Source of the DNA: Yuukianura sp. NJ FZ-2021
Taxonomy: Eukaryota
Direction of reading: 5' to 3'
Assembly (NCBI GenBank): GCA_046563655.1
Contig: CM102284.1
Span: 5,890,001-5,954,000 of the forward strand
Length of the DNA: 64,000 nucleotides
In this document: in pieces, positions 39,874 through 50,822 of the stretch
Layout: the number at the start of each line of letters is the position of its first letter
Position numbering within the stretch: position 1 is the first letter of the stretch
Notes under the pieces: generated by a model
What the model was told of the DNA's origin: nothing
The model's input: the letters and a program-made list of their open reading frames with translations, nothing else
Databases searched by the model: none
Translations under genes and position numbers: made by a program

Positions 39874-40616
39874 TTCAAAATTTCAGAAAATTAAAAAACT
39901 TTAAAAATTCATATCTTTTGAACGGATTGCGTTAGAGAGCTAATCTCTTCAGCCTAAATTCACAATGATCACTAGAATAATTTAAGCACAAAAAACCGAA
40001 ATCGAAATTTTTACTAATTTTTAACAATATCTCTGAAATATAGTCCATCCATTTTTTTAAATTTCACCAAAATTTTGAAGGTGCATCTTTTGCGAAATTT
40101 TTGCACCAAATTACATGAAATACTATTTTGGACCAATGAGCTTAAGCGCTTGATCCACAGAAATCGCTGTGTAAAGTTGAAAATTTAAAATTTATACAGC
40201 AATTTTAATTTACTTTATTCAAACACAACAGGACTGAATGTGTAATATTTGAAATTTTGTTCAATAAAAATGAAAGTTTTTTTCTGATTTAGTTAAAATT
40301 TAAAATAATTCAGTCTATGTATTTCATACAGGTATACCTTACCCAGAATTATTTATTTTTTACATAGCTTTGAGGAACTTTCTGAAAATTCGTTTTTCAT
40401 TTTTCAAAATTTGACAAAATTTTGAAACGTTTTGCACCAAATTACGTATTTCGAAATTTCAAAACATTTAGAACATAAGATTGTTTGCAAATTTTTATGT
40501 GAAATTAAGCGGAAGTACATTTGCAAAGGAGATGTTGGTGATGTACTATCTGTGGACTTGAGTAGTAGAAAGTACTAGCTGTGGAAATGAGCGTCACCTC
40601 CAAGTTCAAGTTTCTA

Positions 40617-40843
40617 AAGAGTCTTTTGCATGGGAGGCCTTTGGGAGAGGAGAAAAGTAGATCGGAGATTATACGAAGCGAAGAGGCGAGATAGGTCTTT
40701 TGCTCTTCTGTGCTTTTTGTATGGGAAGGCCGCCAGCGGGAGAAAAGTTGAGGAAGGAGAGGAGCCTTTTCGGTTCGCCTAATCCCCGCATAGCTCCGGA
40801 CACTTTTTCAGAGAGCCTCCAACTTCACAATGCAAAATCTCTT
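40617..40843 (+). other. Duplicated GC-rich structured element, copy 2
   Basis: See copy 1; most differences between the copies preserve the predicted plus-strand base pairing. Confidence 0.7.
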
Positions 40844-41449
40844 TTCCAAAGTTTCTACCAAATCAAAAATTAAATTTCTGGAACTGAATGCAATAAATTG
40901 CAAATTTTTTCGCGCTTCACTCTAACATGATCAAAAGGATATTTTAAGCTGAAAAATCGAAATCGAAAATGCTGATTTTTGCCAAAATCCCTGAATTGTA
41001 GTCCATAGAATTTTTTTATGAAAGTGAAAGCCAAATTTTTGCACATAATTAAAGGAATTTTTGCTACTTGAGTAGGTTAAAAAATGAATCAAAAATTAAA
41101 AAATAAAAAGAAATTTTGTTGCTTTAGCCAGACGCCACAGCAAAATTAATATTTTCCTTTCGTAGTGTTGTGGTAAAGATTTTCTATAGGCGAATTAACA
41201 AAAAATTTAACCGGCATTGAGATGAAGCAAAAAAATAAAAATATTTTTACTTTTATGGTAATCAAAAATCCAAGATGAATTTCAAGCTCGACATGAACAA
41301 AAACTTTTCAACCGCTAGCAAAATCCCTGAGCTACATATCATACGTATTTTTGATCTTTTCAAAAAGCGAGGATGGAAAAAATTAGAATTTCCACATTAA
41401 TTTTAATTCAGTTTTTAAAAATAAGTTAAAATAATCTCCGCAGAATAAT

Positions 41450-43756
41450 TTAGAGTGCTTTCAGAATAAAATAGGAAAGCGTTACTCCACATGACAGTCC
41501 TATTCCTACTCCCATCGTCACGATTCCATTAGCCTCTTCTTGTTCGTCTTTAAGGACAAGCCTAAAAATTAATTAAAAATCGGTTAGACTAGAATAAAAA
41601 TTAAGCAGACTTCAGAATATCGAGAACTTGGACTTACTGCGGAGCATTCATAAAGCAAATATTTGTGAGGTATCCGTTGCTAAATCCAAATAGATAATTG
41701 ATCAGTCCAAACTCCCAATCAGTCCCGAACAATACGGGCAAGTGTTCCCTTGGGTGCAAATTGCAGGTCATAAGCAATGGAATGATTAGAAGCCGTAGAA
41801 TGCTAAAGATCAGAATCCAGTAGCTATCCTTCTTGGGCTGAAATTCAAAATTACATTGTAAGTTCCAGTGCAATTTCAGTAAACAGTGCAAACATGCCGG
41901 AATTCTATTTGTGGTTTGTACCCAATGCGTTGATCCAGAACAAATCCGTCCCATGTAGTCACCGATTGCAAAAACTAGGAAGCTTACAACAGGAATAAAG
42001 TATTTATCTGAAAGCAAATAAACCAATATTAATCAAACGAAAGTAATGAAGTTTGATTGTTTTAGATGAAAAGCTCCAATTTCTTTTACCATTCCAGACT
42101 GAAGGGGCAGTTTCACTCACTACCAGAACAATAAGAGTAGGAAACGCCGACAATGTCACCAGCATGGTCATAATAGATGCCACAGCAGGGACCCAGACCT
42201 AAGATTCAATTCAATTAGCAAAACGTGAGTAGATTTTCGTTTAACATCGAACGTGTTACCTTCTTTAAAACAATCCAGGAATTCGGCTTGACCGATTCTG
42301 GGCGAATCATTGCTTCCGGAGGATAGTTTTCCAGCCATCTGTAAATTCCCTTCTCCCCGGAATGAAATTTGAAGAAAATTAGTTTAGGAAGGAGGGTGAC
42401 AATGAGGAATGAAATGAAGAGCGATGTAGACCCGAGGATGAAATAAATAAATCCGGATTTCAATTCATCTGCGGCCAAAAATATCGAAATTATGTTTGCC
42501 ACTGCCGCAAATATTCCTCCAAGTGCCTGACCTAAAAATTGTAGATTTACTTGTTAGATTCACTTACTATCTGGATGCTAATCTATTATAATCTGCCGGT
42601 GACCTTGTTAGCCTTGAAAATGACTTACCGGACATTGTGGCCGTCGTATAGGCTGATGGAAACTTTCCGATAATTCCCAATAATCCGCATTGGAACAAAG
42701 TGCAAAATGCTAGAAACGAAAAACTAGTTCAAATCAGTTTGAAATGGACGATAGAAAGCTTGAATAAGTCGACTCACCGTTCATTATTACGACAGTGACC
42801 ATCGTTACAATAAAAAATGTCTTCTGCCCTGAAAAAAAAAAGCATGATCTAATTTTATAAACATTGACATTAGCTTAGCTTAACTTACATGAATCAGTGT
42901 TTACTTCGACCAAAACAGTTTGGGAAATAAAGAAGACGAGAGTGACTAGAAGCGATGAGATCATCCTGACCTTTGCGGATATCCTAAAATTAAAACACCG
43001 TCATAACTTTAAAACTCCAAACTTGCCTATTTTAATTTTTGCTTATTCTTACCACTTTGCAAGTAGAAGATTTAGAATAAAAAATAATGTCGAAGGTACG
43101 TTTGCAGCGATGGCTAAGTAAGACATAAAAGAAGCTTGGAATGGAGTTTTTCCATGAGGACTAGATAATTCCGAAGGGTCATATGAGGTAAAGGACACCG
43201 TAGAATTGTCATCGGGTCCAGAAGTGCCATTACTTACATCTCGGAACTTGTACATCCAGTACTAAACACGTGGAGAGATCAACAAAACAATAGAATAAGA
43301 ATCAGCTGTTTTTGTTTACATAGCCTCAAAGGCAATACGCACTATGTAACTCATAAATTGTTCCTTACCTTATCTGCATTGACGAAAAAGCTCCAGGGAA
43401 GTAACGTTGTTAGTCCAAGGAAGTAAAAGGCTGCGTAGACTGCCCAGTACCTGATAAATTAAAGTAAACAAAAACATTGTTAAGTAAACCCGCTTCTGCA
43501 TTTGTCTTCAGGTCAAACTTCCTAAAAATCTTAACAATGAAACTTACTTGTCCCTGGGATGAATCACGACATCTACGTCAACCAGCGGTTTGTCATCTTC
43601 TTCTGTTCCTTCGATTGGAACGGAAGTGATAAACTGCATTGAATCATCTTGTTCTTCGTCTTCTTCCTCCTCCTCTTGAATTAAATCCTCAGCTTCTACA
43701 TTTAAACTAGTACCAGTAGCACTAGTCGGATTCAGACTTGTCTTGTTTTTAGTCAT
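41450..43756 (-). CDS. Equilibrative nucleoside transporter (SLC29/ENT family), 11 coding exons; in-frame upstream ATG at 43858 possible
   Basis: Exons 43548-43756, 43369-43450, 43053-43261, 42889-42983, 42778-42828, 42629-42709, 42260-42531, 42090-42198, 41922-42007, 41638-41837, 41450-41562. ENT motifs FYFLGLTTLLPWSFFVNA..YWMYKFR, MSGQALGGIFAA, GDYMGR, FGFSNGYLTN. Confidence 0.93.
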
Positions 43757-44815
43757 TTCGATTTCCACGAGCTCTCCAACCACCACCCGTGTTCGATAGT
43801 CACCAACTGCTGAATGATGTGAAGGAAACACCAAAACTCCTTCAATTATGCGAGCCATATTTCGCCAAGCTGGTCCCCCTGCTTCTTGTCACCCCTTCAT
43901 AAGTGTTTAGAGCATTACTAATTCCTAATCCAGATATTCACATAAAAAGAATTAAGAAACAGAGTTACTAACTGCGCCATTGGACTAATACTGGTCAACT
44001 TGACCATGTACTAGAACAATGACATAACACCACTACGAAATTAGTTGGACAAAAGGTTTATCTTGTTGTTGCCTTGTGACTCATTGGTCCGTGGATCAGT
44101 CAGTGGTCAGTCTCTCATCTCTTCAGTTTCCTCGTCTTCAATGTCAATCTGAAATGATGTACAACAGCATAAGATCCTACAGATTAACGTATTAACATTT
44201 TACACCGGAGCCGAATAAACCGAATTCTTACCAACGTTGTTTTGGGCATTGCCTGCTTGTGCTTCCTATCGCTACTAAAAGGGTCTTCTGAATTGGATCT
44301 ATCGATCTAAGTTTCTATAGGGCTAGCAGAATTCGGAATTTGATGACGATGGGAGGTACTTTGGCACTTTCCGGGTAACAGTGAGATGATTCGGTTCGCA
44401 AAACTCCGAATCTGATCGATTGTTCGCTACGAGCGGGTGAATGTGAAACCAGGTCCAGAGGGGCAGGGGCAGGGTAGAAATTAAATTCCACAGAAGAAAG
44501 TTATTGCTTTCTCCAGAGAAGCTGCAGCAAGGGAACCTCCGTGCTCCGTATAATTTAAATTATTTTTGATGCTGCATTTTAGATTTATTTTTTTCATCCG
44601 GCGTTGAAATTAACCCGAAATATCAGAAAATAAAAAACGGAAAGCAGTTTTCTTTTCGAATTTGAAGTTTCTGTGCGTCACTTTAGCCCTTTCGGGGTGC
44701 AAGCACAAAGCTAACGGTTGGTTTTTTGCAACAAACTGTTGACAGAAAGTGTTTTTACTTGTAATTGTTATTCAGCTAAAATGTTTGAATAGAGTAGAAA
44801 ATGTAAGAGTAGATT

Positions 44816-46057
44816 TCACTTTTTATATTTTCCGTAAAATACTGGGTCATCTGGGGCATGCATGTACTTGAAAATATTGTTGTAGTAGAAGATGTGTACA
44901 CAGAGCCCCACGACATGCAGAACTGCATCGATGATTGGATAAGTTCTGAAGACCATAAAGATCATTGCGACTTGAACCTACAAAGTGGACGCCAATGTCA
45001 ATTCCTGCAAGAACTTCTGAAGATCATGGACTTACGGGCTCGTAGTTGTAGATGATGTCGTAGAAAATTTTGTAGCAGCCCTAATGCAAACAGTTGCAGA
45101 AGCAGCTTTCTCCAACAATTAAGATTTCAGTTAGCTAACCTTTGTCAAATGGTTCACATTTTTGTCAATTTCGTCATCAGTGGTGTAAGGAATGCCTTGG
45201 CCACAGTCTTTGTTCTGGCGCGTTGTCACTCCACAGCATGATCTTGGAATGTCAAACACTACTTGGATGAGTACATCCGCATTCGGGTGTGCCTTGTCAT
45301 CGATTTCGTTTGGATCGTTACTGATGTCTTGTGTTTCCGTGACCAGCCTTGTACCGGTCATCTGAATGTAGTCTCGGTAGTTGTCCACTCCACAACAGCC
45401 CTTGCATTGGTCAAGGAAATTAGTCCAGCTCGGTTTCAGTTCCTATGGCAAATGACATAAGCTCACCTGAGTAAACTGAAACCAGTTAATGAAAACCGGA
45501 ACTTCCCGACGTTCTTTGTACTCCTCTTCCAGAAAACTTCGGTATTCGTTTTTGGTCATTGCTGGCCAGATGATACCGCAGAGACAAGCCGAGCTAAGGC
45601 AAAGCAGTCCTAGCAGACAGACGACCTGGACCAATCAGTTACATTAAGCTGAATGCAGCGAAAAATCAAGGTCAAGGTTTAAGCCAAAGGTTTACCACTC
45701 GATTTGAGTAGACGGAAAGCGCTTCTTTGTAAATAAGCATTGCACTGAGGACTGTAAGGAAAACGCTGCAAAGATTGTGAACCATGGACCATTTCCAGCT
45801 AAAGTCAAATCGTTTACTAGGGTAAGTGCCTCCGACGAATAGGAACATGCATAGGCCAAACAGGACCATCACGAAACTCAGGACCTAAAATTCAGAAATT
45901 TTTAAGCCCTTTTCTGAAATTTTAATTCAGATTCTGCGTTTGTTGAAATTCGAAATAGGAAATGTCAAGCTGAATTTTGACACGTTCCAGAGGTTGAAGT
46001 TTGTAATCTTACACTGTGGAAGAGTACCCATATTGTACAGGGCTTGTAACGACACAT
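44816..46057 (-). CDS. Divergent tetraspanin-family membrane protein, about 6 exons
   Basis: Three N-terminal hydrophobic segments, a large loop with WFQFTQ|GCCGVDNYRDY, IPRSCC and GCY, then a C-terminal hydrophobic segment; GT-AG introns. Confidence 0.8.
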
Positions 46058-46300
46058 TTCACTTACGTCCTTGACCTTTGACCTTTTAAAAAACGACAAC
46101 TTTTCTAAAAACTGATAAATCCCACGGATAAATCTAAAGTGAAAGTCCAGCCGTAACGAAAACTTTATTTCTTGTGGCGTCCCTTTCAGTTGCTACAGAA
46201 ATAGTGTACTGAAAATTCTGAAAATTCCAAAGAGCAGAGTAGCTTTCAAATGTTAAAAAAATTTCATCCCCTTTCAATAGTACTACTGTTCATTTTTTTT

Positions 46301-47425
46301 TACTGTGCAGTTGTTGATTGTAATTTTTCGGGTGTCGCTCTTAGAAACTGCTTAGGTTGAAGTGATTCAAACAGATCCACATGTATCCAGAAATTCAACC
46401 AGTACGTGTACATTTATTTCTATTCGTATTTCTATTTGGTATTTCTATACGTATTTCGTAAAAGTATTTCTAATCGAAATTGAGAGAAATTCCACCTAGT
46501 AACTGGTCTGCGAATCGGTATCCGACACCGCGGAGCCAAGGGTCACGGTGTACATTCGAGTTACTCATGCCCACAACGCTTCTCTTCGGAATAAACCAGC
46601 CTTTGTCCTTGCTAAGTCCCTCGTTCACCCAGGATTCGTCTTGGTAGTAGATCCGTCTACCTTCAGCTCGATATTTCTTCATAGTTCGTAAATACTTCCC
46701 GCGATGAGCTGCGATGTCGGGTCTATCCATTGGGACAGGTTTCCCATTCAGTTTACCAAACTTAAACTTTAGTTGGCGAACCATAACTTTGTACAATCCA
46801 CTCCTTGACATTCTGGGGAAGTTCGTATCTTCTGACAGTGTTTTGTGCAAAAAATCAAGTGTTGGGTACATTTTCTGGCTGTACGCTTGTAAAACCGATC
46901 TTCTGATAACGCCCTCCGTAAAACTATCCACCTCCAGTTTTTTTCTTCCTCTTCGATTCAGCTTCGGTTCAGAAACGATACCACAGGTTTTGGTTTCATT
47001 ACATATCTTATGAACCAGTCGCTCACTAACCTAAAAATGATATAAGAACAACTTGAAAATCCAATACGTCCGTGTTATGTAAGCTTAGAATCATGACGTA
47101 CCTTGAGCGCAGAAGCAGTTCTTTTAGCCACGTTGGTATAATCCACAGGAATTGATGATGGATCTAAATGCTCCGAGGCGACTTGTTGTTTAAACTGTCG
47201 CTTTTCATTTTCAAATGTCTCCTTAAGGTTGACAATCATTTGCTTTTCAGCTGAACTTTTAGGTTTTGGCATTTTGCAAATCAAATTACTCCGAAACCAG
47301 AATCGAATTTTAAGAAAGAAGGATTTTCTAAAGTCCAAAAACATTTTGATGATAAGTTTTGCTTAAGTCAACCTAACACGTTTCTAGGGGTGACGCTTGA
47401 AAAATTACATCACCTTTCAATAGTA
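46301..47425 (-). mobile_element. Internally deleted IS630-Tc1-mariner DNA transposon with ~65-bp imperfect TIRs and TA ends
   Basis: 46301-46371 (tactgtgcagttgttgattgtaatttttcgggtgtcgctcttagaaactgcttaggttga) aligns with the reverse complement of ~47360-47425 (tactattgaaaggtgatgtaatttttcaagcgtcacccctagaaacgtgttaggttga). It encloses a transposase ORF. Confidence 0.8.
46470..47272 (-). CDS. C-terminally truncated transposase, 243 aa (exons 47102-47272 and 46470-47030)
   Basis: HTH-like VAKRTASALK|VSERLVHKI, second HTH YPTLDFLH..MSRSGLYKVMVRQLKFKF, then first catalytic Asp motif RRIYYQDESWVN. Stop occurs before the second D and the E. 71-nt GT-AG intron. Confidence 0.78.
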
Positions 47426-47566
47426 CTGATGTCTAATATTGTTCAAAATTTTCCGTTTTTAATTTATTGCTAATTTCCTAGCTATAAAAACTGCCATACC
47501 CAAAAACTTCCAAACTTGTGAGCTGATTGAGAAATATTTGGTTTTTCTATTGCGTATTGTAACAAA

Positions 47567-47639
47567 GCCCGTGTAGCTCAGTGGTTAGAGCACCGCTCTC
47601 GTAAAGCGGGGGTCGCAGCTTCGAATGCTGTCTCGGGCA
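47567..47639 (+). tRNA. tRNA-Thr, anticodon CGT, with atypical T-stem
   Basis: Cloverleaf GCCCGTG-TA-GCTC-AGTGGTTA-GAGC-A-CCGCT-CTCGTAA-AGCGG-GGGTC-GCAGC-TTCGAAT-GCTGT-CTCGGGC-A; T5 run shortly downstream. Confidence 0.88.
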
Positions 47640-47995
47640 TGTGAAAATTTTTGCAAAAAAAAATTCGCATTAGTTTTATTATGTCAGTTTATATTTTTAC
47701 TTTCGAAAAACTTCAACGCCAGGTAGTAAAAACTTGCAACAAAAAAATACGGAAAATAAATTATTTCTTCTCAACGGCGTTTTCCTTTCACATCGCTTTC
47801 ATGTGAAATGAAATTCCGAATTTGAAATTGAATTTTCCAGAAATTCCATTTTCAAACAATATTTCTTGTACAGTTATTTCGTGAAAACATTCGTTTTATT
47901 TAAAGCTGAATTAAGAGATTAATTATCATAACATCGTCACATTTGAAAAACTGTTGAAAGAGCATGTTGAACTTTTGGGCAAACAGAAATGGAAT

Positions 47996-50822
47996 TCATA
48001 TTGGCTCCAGTTCTCTGTCTTCCCGGATGTCCGACATTTGTGTCAATGTGGACTGCGAAGATAGGAGCCTTCGGAGGGAAGGCCTTTGCGGAGTATTTGC
48101 AAGGACACGGGAGGGACCCTTGGACACTCCACCATTCAGTTCCGCTGGCATACTAATACTTGAGGGCATATTTGGCTGAGAGGGGAACCCTTCGACAAAT
48201 GTCGCCGACCCGTTGGCACTTCTGTTTCTGGGAGTGGGGTAACCTCCATTTTCTTCGTAAATGTCCAACTGATGAGGATTTCTGAAGTTACGGCTAAGGA
48301 AACGTGTCTAAAAACCAAAAATTCTTTATTCAATGTTTTATTTTTTGAGGTCAAAGGTCAAATTCGGATTTAATAGACTAACCGTAAACAAGGCACCGCA
48401 GATTCCGAAAATTCCACCAGCGACTACGTCCACAGCGTGATGCCTGTAATCGGATATTCGTGACATGGAACAGAAGACGCCCCAACTGAGCCATGCAAGG
48501 TGACACCACAGAATTAAAATGGCTCCATGACGCTTTACGGTTAGTCGATGGTGCTGGTAAATCTAAAATGTTTTGTTTAAAAAAATCAGTTTTGGTTTAG
48601 TTTTTCAAAATTTTCAGCGTACAATCATGAAAGTTGCAGCGAACATTCCCATTGCAGCGTGGGCCGACGGGAACGATTTGTGTGCTTCAACCAGTTTCCA
48701 TCTCGTGACATTCGGATTGTCACACTTGTAGTCTTCTACCCACCTTGAAAATTTGCAAAAAATATACCACGCTGTTAGTTCATAGATAAAAATTTTCTTA
48801 GAAGTGACCTCGAAAGGTCAATAGGCATGACCTCACCCGTTCACACAAGCACTTTCGGTGAAATTTGGTTTACAGGAGTCTACAAAGTGAGGTCGCGGGT
48901 AGTTCATAGTACTTTTGCAAATGTCATTGAACAGAACCAGGAAAGTCATTCCGTAGAAATAGTCCTGAAAGGTGAAAATTCAATCTTAGAAAATTCGGAC
49001 CAAAATTTGTCATCCTAAATCTTACTCTGAACCATTGGGCACCCAAACGTAAGCCAATTCTCCATGGATTTGGTTCCAAGGGACCTTGGCAGGACTGACA
49101 CTGGAGGTAATGAACATGTAATACTTCGGTAACACATATCTAAACCAAAACGATCAAATTCATAAATATCGCGAAAATGAAAATTTCAAATTTTAAAAAA
49201 AATTGAATTTGAAATCAACTGAGGATTGATTAACCTGAATAAATGGAACTAAGAAGACAACCACGAGGAGATACGAAAGTCTGACTGTTTCGCCGCCATA
49301 TTTGTGCAGAATTTGTTCGTCCACCACCGCAGTTCCTTTACAGCGAATCGCAGGCAATAGTGGATTTACAAAATTCAAAAGGCACAAACCAAGGAACGCT
49401 ACGGCTGAAAAATAAGAAATTTAACATTGTGAGTGACAACTTTCTTTAGTATTCTTTTAACTTTTAACAAAACAAGACAAAACGACACTGCAAACTGCTA
49501 CTCAGCCATTTTTAACATCAAATTTCGGCAAGAAGTATTCTCCGACTCCAAATTTTCCCAAACAATTTCTAAACAACCTTGGCAAATAACCATTAAACGC
49601 AAATTAATTAAAAGTTGTTTGTTGACAGACAATGGTGTACCCACTGCGTTTTTAATGCTTATTTTTTCACTTCCTGCTCCTGCATTAAATGTCATTTGCA
49701 GGAGCAGGAAGAATTTATTTGAAACAATTGATCCTAATTTGTTTTTGTTCTTTGCCAAGGTTTTGTGTGCTGGGTGTCCATCCATCCGCCAATTCCGACA
49801 TTTCAGAAGCCACGAATGAGGGGAAGTGGCTTCTCTTCTTTGTACAACGCAGATTAATCGTGACACAATTTACTTCCTTTCAACTTACAACGAACTTTAC
49901 ATGTGTTTCTAAACAAATAGGTTGGACATTTGAAAAAATTAACATGTTCTGGCGGATCCTGTTATTACAGTTTGTGCAAATTGGGGAAAAATATGCTGTA
50001 AAATTGCAAATTGGCCATGATTTACTTCAAACATAACTGCAAAAATGTGACGTTTGTGTGAACTTGACATTCAAGAAAATTTCTACTGACCTTCAACCTT
50101 TTTAAGTTGATGCACTCATTTGTAACACAAAAAGTGTTCACGCTTTTAGACATGACTAAAACAAAAAGCGGGTTTCTAGAAATTAGCATTGTTTTTCGCA
50201 AATACTTGACATGAAATTTCTCTCCTAGTGTAGTTTTGTTGGCAAAACAAAAAATAACTCACGCTTACTTGTATAAAATTACCATTCACTTTCTGCAAAT
50301 TACTTAATTTCACAAAGTTGTAATTCACAACTTACAAGTTGCATGATCTCACCCGTTTGGACTCAGTAATTTACGAAAAGTGACATGAAATATTTGAAAC
50401 TTTGCCCTTTGCTGAGAAAAAATAGCAGTGTGCAAATTCTGTGCAATTTTATCCCACACACGACACGGACACACACACACACCCAAAAAACTGTTGAGTT
50501 CCAAGTTCCAGTCGTGTCTCGTCATCATGATTTTCATTATGTTCTCACGATTAAATTACTTTTACTCAGCTAATCAAAAAAATTCTGCCATTACTATATT
50601 CACAGAGCCAAGAGAAAAAAAAATACGAAAAACGCCCACGACTGGGCTTTACAATTTGCAATTTCAGATTCAGATTCACGACTCGGAGATGATGATATTT
50701 AAAAGTACAATAGAAATTGTATTTGTAAATTACTGTTTTGCACGCTTACCAACAATTAGAAGAACTCCATTGCAAATCCATTTTCCAAATCTCCGGTGAC
50801 AGATCATCTTAAGGCACAGCAT
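47996..50822 (-). CDS. Type 2 phosphatidic acid phosphatase / lipid phosphate phosphatase (PAP2, wunen-like), 7 coding exons
   Basis: Motifs C1 KSTMNYPRP, C2 SFPSAH, C3 SRISDYRHHAVDV. First exon 50750-50822 (MLCLKMICHRR..., phase 1) joins 49235-49404; last exon 47996-48307. Confidence 0.88.

Noticed and set aside
45443-45466. Apparent 24-nt GT-AG micro-intron in the tetraspanin
   Set aside because: A 66-nt intron ending at the AAG at 45401, with a CTAAT branch site, gives the canonical Q..CCG spacing.
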